From the human T2T-CHM13v2.0 reference genome, Homo sapiens, in the NCBI RefSeq assembly GCF_009914755.1, contig NC_060931.1: 64,000 nt of DNA; one strand, written 5' to 3'. The stretch's first letter is position 1, and every line of letters begins with the position of its first letter. A program made the translations under genes and the position numbers. Below the pieces are notes generated by a model. It made no database searches, had not been told where the DNA came from, and saw only the letters and a list, made by a program, of their open reading frames with translations. Shown here one piece after another: positions 55,732 to 64,000 of the stretch.

Positions 55732-57297
55732 TCCACACATAGATTTACTATATTGCCTTTCCAAAAGAGAAAAGAATACAAGTAAAATATAAAACTGAGC
55801 AAATTATATTAGCATCTGTATCTCTGAATAACTGAAATCAGGACTGCCCCCAGAAAACCCCATCCACCCCATAATAAAGGGTGACTGGCATTCTAACCCA
55901 TTTGTGAGGTTGAGAATCTGAAAAGTGACTACTCCCCACACGCCACCCCAGAAACTGCTGTGGCTGCACATACCTCCAACCACATCTGAAACAGGTGGCC
56001 AGGCTATTGTCCCAGTCCTCCGAGTCCCTTCTCTCCTGGCCCTTGACTCCACCCCCTCCCAAGGAGCAACTGCCCCATCCACATGGCCTCCAGGACCTGT
56101 TAGCCTGGGCACATGCTGTTTCCTCTTCTTCCCTGCCCCACCTATCCTTCCCACAGTGTGGCAGAGGATACCTTCCCAGATTTCCTGCGGGAGCCCTGCA
56201 TTCTGTGTTTGGGGAAGGAGAAGAGGAAGGGCTTTATCATCTGAGCCACAACCTTTAACAACATACCTCCCTCCCATCTGTCAGTCTATGAGCCAGAAGA
56301 AGGCGAGTGCCCTTGCCCTACCTAGTCACCCTCGAGGCTGAGTGCCCAGGGACAGTGGGAATCAGAAGGGCTTGAATAAGTGGACCCCACCCTCATCCTC
56401 ACCCATGCTGTGTTGCACTGTGGCCTTCTTTCAAAGTGAAAAAGTCAACTCTGAAATGCAGACCCAGTGGGGAATTTAAAACAAACACCTCAGCCCTAAC
56501 AAAAGGGAAGATGGAAACAAAAGTTCTTGGTAGGTTCTGCCATGTTTTCACAGGAGCCACATCACTACAGATGATAATTCCAACAGCCCCTTGAGAGGAA
56601 ACCACTGCTGACTGGCACCCAGCAGGCAGAAGCAGTCAGGGGACATATGCAATTGCAGACCTGAACCGCACAGACCTTGTCCCTTACACCCCAGTCATGC
56701 AGCCCTCAGTTTTCTAGCCTTTGAGCCAGTGCACATGAAGGTGGAGGCTGAGAAGGCTCTTAGAAATAAGCCAGGAAGGTCTTACATCTTGCCACGGACA
56801 AGTCCCCACGTAGATCAAATTGTTGAAGAAGCCATAAAAATGACTAGGAGTTGCAAAGACCGGATGCAGTACCCTTGGATAAGTTCTCTTCTACCCAAGG
56901 CTTTTTACTGGGAATGAAGAGTCACAGAGCAGGCAACAGCGACACCTGCTGTTCAGAATAGATTCAAACCAGGCAGGGAGAAACCAGAAACCCGAGTTCT
57001 CGCCATAGAGGCAGCATCGCCTGCACGTGACTTCACAAAAGAACATAAGACCTAGGGTCTGTCCTCCTATTGATTGTTTTGGGAGTCCTCATTTACCTGG
57101 TACAAGTAAGGAAGACACTGTCCTAGCTAATAATGTAACTAGTAGTTACAACATTCATGGACCATGAGTTTTCAGAGAACATAATACGGTCAAAGCACCA
57201 TACTTAAACAGTACTATATTAAATGGACTCCCCTTAGCAATAGAAAAAGGTATAAGACCCTCAAGAAACATAGTTGATATGTCTGATAATTGGGCAC

Positions 57298-57625
57298 CAT
57301 TATGGGTTGAATTCTGTCCTCCAAAAAGATGTTGAAGTCATAAGCCCAAGTACCTGTGACTGTGACCTTACTGGGAGATAGGGTCTTTGCAGATGATCAA
57401 GTTCACCTGAAGTCATCAGGGTGTGCCCCAAGCCCACAGGACTGGTTTCCTTATAAAAAGGAGAATTTTGGACACAGAGACGGACAGGCACACAGGTGAA
57501 CAGCATGTGACCGTGAAGGCAGAGACTGGGGCTGCATTGCATCTAGGAATGCTGAAGATTGTCAGCAATCACTAGAAGCCAGGAGACAGACCTGGAACAG
57601 GCTCTCCCTCACAGCCCTCAAAAGG
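57298..57625 (+). mobile_element. MLT1C-type MaLR LTR, abruptly truncated at its 3' end
   Basis: LTR text stops at CCCTCAAAAGG; the terminal part of the LTR is missing. Confidence 0.8.
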
Positions 57626-57778
57626 CAATGCGGGCTCTTTTTTGGTTCCATATGAAGTTTAGAGCAGTTTTTTCCAATTCTGTGAAGAAAGTCATTGGTA
57701 GCTTGATGGGAATGTCATTGAATCTATAAATTACCTTGGGCAGTATGGCCATTTTCATGATATTGATTCCTCCTATCC
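57624..57778 (-). mobile_element. Internal L1PA ORF2 fragment without poly(A) or TSD
   Basis: Reverse complement matches 31220-31375 of the L1 in this window. Confidence 0.85.
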
Positions 57779-59169
57779 GTATATCTGGGTTATTTTATAA
57801 TCAGGAAAAAAGCACTAAATGTGAATAAAAGTGCTGAATTATTTTAGTTATAATGTTACATTTCATGGTCCAGCCTCTGAAGTGCTTGAATTCTATACTT
57901 CCTATTCATGATCTGACTTTGAGCTTTATTAATTCCATTCCAAGCTATGCGTAATTTCTATTCCAAAAGAATGTTTTCTATCTTTTTGAAAACAATCCAA
58001 AAGATCTTTTTCGATTTATCTTTTTCTTCAAAATTATTTTAGTGATTTTATTTTATTTTTAGAAAACTTTTTTTTAAAAAAACTGACAATTATATCTCAA
58101 TTTGGTATTAAAACACTATTTTGCTGGTGCTTGAAAACTCAAAAATCTCCATTGTCTATAGTATAAAATACAGAATTTTAAAGCTTTTCTCTAGTGTATT
58201 TCCAAATTGCCTACCTTATTTTACTTATTATGCCTCTATGTAAGCCCTCTTTTTCTATCCTATTGGCCTAGAATATGTCATTTTTAGTCCTGTCTCTTGT
58301 GGGACTCTACTAAATGGTCCATGTTTACTAAATGATCCATTGGTTAGATCCGTTTCCTTTTGAAACCTTTCCTGAGCTTTCCAAACTCAAAAAAACTCTA
58401 CCTTCTGTAATTATTTATGACACATTATTATTCTCTTGGAACATGCATACTATTTTGTATTACCGTCCTTTCTAGGGTAACTTCTGGATGATTTTGTATA
58501 TGCACAACACCTAGGAGTGTTTATCCACAATACTTGGAAGCGTCTTACATATTTGGTAAGGTTGTAATGATGGGTGGGCTCATTTCACTTAGACTACATG
58601 CCAATAGTCTACCTGAGAGTGTTCCCGTTCTTTCATGAAGAAAGTAGTGTGTATTTCCTTTTGGCAGAGGCATCCTTGCCAGCAAGATACTAGGAGTACA
58701 CATTTCTACCAGGAAAGCAAAATACAGACTGGAAGCCAAAAGTCAAGGAATTCTGGCCAAAGATGTAAAGAGCCAAATTCTCTCAGAAATGGTTTCCTAG
58801 AAGTAATTTGTGCTGACTATGCTTCAGTTCAAACAAACTCCTTTAAGAGCAAAATAGCAGTACGTGATATATCTAACCATTGTAGATAGCTATCTTGAAG
58901 TAGGAGTATATAACTGTTGGTTAAAATAATCTAGATTATTGCTTCAGCAATTCCGTTCATTTTGAAAAGTAGCAACTCATTTTCTGCAGATATGTAGTAG
59001 TAAGTGCACATCGTTTTAGAATTGGAGTATCTTTCTAATTACTGAACAGCTCTTGTCTGGTGTGGACTTTGGTTGAAGCTAGTGTGTTGAAGGTTTCTTT
59101 TTAAAACTGAGTGCCATAGTATAGTGACACTAATATCTATATTCATATCTATAATTATCCAGATATATA

Positions 59170-59830
59170 ATAAATGTTTATTAAATGCAAGCTATGTCTC
59201 TCACAGGATGAAAAGAAATATAAGCCATTGTCCTTGCCTTTAAGAAGTTTGCAGTATGGATGGCTAGATAATATGTGTTACTTATTGAAATATGAATTCA
59301 TAATAGAATAAAGCAGTTCATCATTATTTAAGAATGATACAACAAAAATATCATGAGAGCGAAAGGGAGAGAAAGGAGTTCCTTCAGGCTGGGATGACTA
59401 TAGAAATCTATATGGAAGTAAACTCTGTCTTGCATTTGAAGAATGGGTAGACTTTGAACAGGAAAGAAGAGAGAAAAAAGGTATTCTTGGTGAATAAAGA
59501 ATGTGAACAATGTGAACAAGGCCATGGAGTCAAAGTCATTTTAGGAAGAAAGTGAGTAAATTGACTTTTTTGGGGAGGTATAAAATTGTTGATTAGACCA
59601 GAAGAATCTGGGTTGAGATTATAGAAAAGTGTGAATGCCAGGTAAGGACTAAGGACTTACCTTTTAAGTGTGAGGACCCATTTAGGGAAGATTTTGAGAA
59701 AAGAAAACATATGATCCAAGTTGAGTTTTACTGAAGTTAATTTGTCAGCTATGTTCTGTTTGAAAAGGAAGATAGAGACAGTAATATGAGGATGTTTAGA
59801 AGACCAAGAAAGCAGCTGAAGTGTGAAGTA
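59170..59830 (-). mobile_element. L2 remnant
   Basis: TAAATGTTTATTAAATG...GTCCTTGCCTTTAAGAAGTTTGCAGT. Confidence 0.55.
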
Positions 59831-59930
59831 GAATAGAGGATATATGTAGTATTTCTGTTCAGCATCCCCTCTTTTCTGATTCAGTGATTCAGGTGGAGAT
59901 GACACCATTTGCCCTCAAAAGCCATAGGAA

Positions 59931-60258
<328 letters not shown>

Positions 60259-60441
60259 TATGTCTAGGAAACACTTGTCCTAATTAGAAGCAATAGGGAA
60301 AACAACAGGAGAGCACATTATTAACTGGAACAAGTACAAGATCTTTGCTGTTGAAAAACATTTGTTATTTTTTATGGGGTAAAGCCAACATATTCTATAT
60401 CATAAACACAAAAAGAAGATTTACCTCTTAGGGTTATTTTA

Positions 60442-60618
<177 letters not shown>

Positions 60619-61206
60619 CTACCAGAAGGTAAATAAAGAAAGAAGAAATGCAAACAACAGTTATTTCCTGAATGTGAATCTCCTTCTACACTCTTCCCTG
60701 TGTCTACTATGAAGCCCTGATAACAGGTCTCCACAAATTTATGACTTTTTCTTTTTTTTTTGCATTCCTCTAAGACAAATGACATAGGAGCTATCACTTT
60801 TTTTCTTGAATGCAACATTTCCATAATCTATTAATTTTCTAATAATTATTTGATGGTTTACTTGGATAGAACTGTAATGTGCATGCACATGTGGTAAACA
60901 AGGAGAACAACAACAATATTAAAAAGTAATCTTGTGAGGGTGGTAGAAGTTTGAAATATGGCCTTGTCCATGAACAAAATGTTTCTTATGTTGCTAAAGT
61001 TGTACCTTATTTTCAGCTTAAAAAACACTTCTCAATATAAAACCGACTGACAACCAAGCCCTAGTGTAATTATAAGAAAAATTTTAAAATAGATGACTTT
61101 TTCAACACAGAGTTTCAACAGGGTTGGGGTATTGATATTACAATGAGAAATGATTAATTTGTTAGGTGACTTAGACTTTTTATTAGTAACAGTGACATCA
61201 TTGTCA

Positions 61207-61725
<519 letters not shown>

Positions 61726-62339
61726 CTACAAAGGAAAGAAAATTAACATCTTAAAATTGAACAAAACAATGGGATATCTCTTGAACTAATTACTTATTGC
61801 TCAATCATTGTGCTTCTCATTGAATAAGGGCATTCAGAATCTTGCTTCTGAATACTGGTTAGTTGAAGATAGCATAGTCTATGTGGCACTGAAAGACTTT
61901 TGTCTTTAGGACAAAAGAAATACATGCTTCAGACAGGTAAGACAGTTAACTTGAAAAATGAAATTATTTCATTTTATGCACATTGTTACTCTTATAAAGT
62001 ATATGCTTGTAATTTATTAATTACTTTTCCCTATTAAAATTATTAAGATTAAATAAATAATTTCTGCTAAAACTTCCATTGAGATAATTTGGAAGTTTGG
62101 AACCAAAATTTCTTCCACTTTTTCAGTCAAAAAATGTAGTAAGAAACACTTAATCCTGTGTTTGACCAAAAGTGGAAAAAGTGATTCTTATCCAAAAGTA
62201 GATTTATTTGGTTATACAGTGAATCGTCAATTTACTAGATGATCTCTTGGTAAGCTGCCACTGTGTCTATGACAAAAATGCTTGCTTACAAAATTACTGT
62301 TATATGGGCATTGATGACTTTTTTTTTTTTTTAACTTAG

Positions 62340-62470
62340 AACTATAGAGTGTTAGAAAGAATTGGAAGGGCCTTGGGGATGATCTGGTCCAAGGCTTTCA
62401 TGGTATAAACAAACTAAGACCCCAGATTTTCAGTAACATATTCAAGGTTATTCAGCTAAGTCCCTGACAA
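62340..62470 (-). mobile_element. MIR fragment
   Basis: TTGGAAGGGCCTTGGGGATGATCTGGTCC...TTCAAGGTTATTCAGCTAAG. Confidence 0.6.
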
Positions 62471-62651
62471 TCAGTGAAGGTACTATTTCTCTCACATATG
62501 CTACTCTGTCCTTCACAGTATCAGTGACAGTAATCCAAGTCCAGATATCAGCAGACTAGGGTGAAAAATCACTTTCATAACACTAGGAGATACAGAATGT
62601 CATCGAATTATGTTTAAAGATGTAAATTATTATTTATTATTGTCATTATTA

Positions 62652-62810
<159 letters not shown>

Positions 62811-63690
62811 CTACTTATGATGTGAATGTCTGATGTAACAATATAAAAAATTTACTTGCTTAAAGACTAGAATGGCAGATAAAGTACAATAAAAATTGAA
62901 ATAGTGACTGATTTATACATTTAACTTCATATTATAATCTGTAAGTTTCAAACCAATGCCCTCTTATCAACAGTAACTGCTCTTCTTTATCCACTTATTT
63001 GTTCAATGAATAACCCAGGTGCCTGTATGGATTACAAAGGGTCACATGTTGCCTTTTACTTTAGGAAGATTTAATTTCAGGTTTCCATCTGGAGGAAAGC
63101 CAACTCCTTTCAATGGCAAATATCATTAGGAATGCATTATATTGAGAGTAATAATGTCATCAATGGAGGCTGGAGGTAGCTGATATAAGATTTATGTTTA
63201 ACAGAATTTTGGGGTTGACACTGGAGTCTGAAACAGTATTTTCAGAGTACCATTTTTCTTTTGGAGTAAGAGGTTGGTCCTTGTTTGGAAGATGTGAATT
63301 GCTAGTATGTTTCCAGTGGGAATGGTGAGTTGTGCTGAATTAATGATGTGCCCAGTCTTCTGGTCAACCCTGTGGAAAACAACTTTTCAAATTTATCACT
63401 TGATAAAAGAAGCTTTTCCTTAGCAAACTCACAGATCCTCATCCAGGATTGGTGTAACATTTTTTAGGGAAAGAAAACATATGTCACAGTACTATTCATT
63501 GTTTTTATTAGTTCTGAATTTATTTCCAGAGGAACACATCTTTAATTTACACTTTATGAAATTCAATGAGAAAAACAGATTAGATATACAACAATTTGAT
63601 TGACAGAAAACATCCCAAGTGTTTCTGAATTTTAGACCACGTGTAGTACTTTTTTAGGTGGAAAGCTGTTTCCAGGAATAGTTTAAAATA

Positions 63691-64000
63691 CAGTGATGTG
63701 TCACATAACATTTTGGTCAACGACTGACTGCATATGTAACAGTGGTCCCATAAGAGTATAATGGAGCAAAAAAATTCCTATTGCCTAATATTTACAATAC
63801 TATACTTTTTATTATTATTGTGAAGTGTACTCCTTCTACTTACAAAAAAAGAGCTAACTGTAAACAGCCCTAGGCAGGTCCTTCAGGAGGTCTTCCAGAA
63901 GAAGGCATTGTTATCAGAGAAGATGGCAGCTCCATGCCTGTTACTGCCCTTGAAGACCTTCCAGTGGGACAAGATATAGAGGTGGAAGACAGTGATACTG
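63691..64000 (+). mobile_element. Tigger3-type element (runs off the window)
   Basis: Aligns with 36598-37050 (GAAGACCTTCCAGTGGGACAAGATATAGAGGTGGAAG). Confidence 0.85.

Noticed and set aside
56998-57030. GCCATAGAGGCAGC as a CTCF site
   Set aside because: Core spacing does not fit the consensus.
57780-59930. Search for STEAP1 exon 5 (SKLGIVSLLLGTIH...)
   Set aside because: No matching sequence seen by eye on the minus strand; a translated alignment would be needed to exclude a decayed remnant.

Overview
This window is primate (almost certainly human) genomic DNA, dense in repeats, covering most of the STEAP1B gene on the minus strand. STEAP1B is a partial duplicate of the six-transmembrane metalloreductase-family gene STEAP1. 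Three STEAP1-homologous coding exons (62661-62744, 61213-61725, 60454-60618; aa 1-254) have canonical GT-AG, phase-0 junctions. STEAP1's last exon is not visible. Instead, an unrelated 88-codon terminal exon at 6396-6662, about 54 kb away, completes a 342-aa ORF. That exon sits antisense to, and next to or inside, a fossil hAT (BLACKJACK-like) transposon. The rest of the window is intron filled with Alu, L1, L2, MIR, MaLR/ERVL/ERV1 LTRs and hAT/Tigger DNA transposons, often nested. I see no new multi-gene system. The most interesting signals record how this young chimeric gene was built: a subfamily-chimeric Alu without TSDs just after exon 4, a MaLR/L1 junction that may be a duplication boundary, a point change creating an in-frame alternative acceptor, and loss of the second heme-ligand His. 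Smaller structural oddities include a 60-bp templated insertion, three independent LTR47-like insertions, a preserved CTCF motif in one of three related LTRs, an internally inverted Tigger1, perfect short tandem duplications and a 15-bp hairpin. Repeat subfamily names are recalled from consensus sequences and need RepeatMasker/Dfam confirmation.
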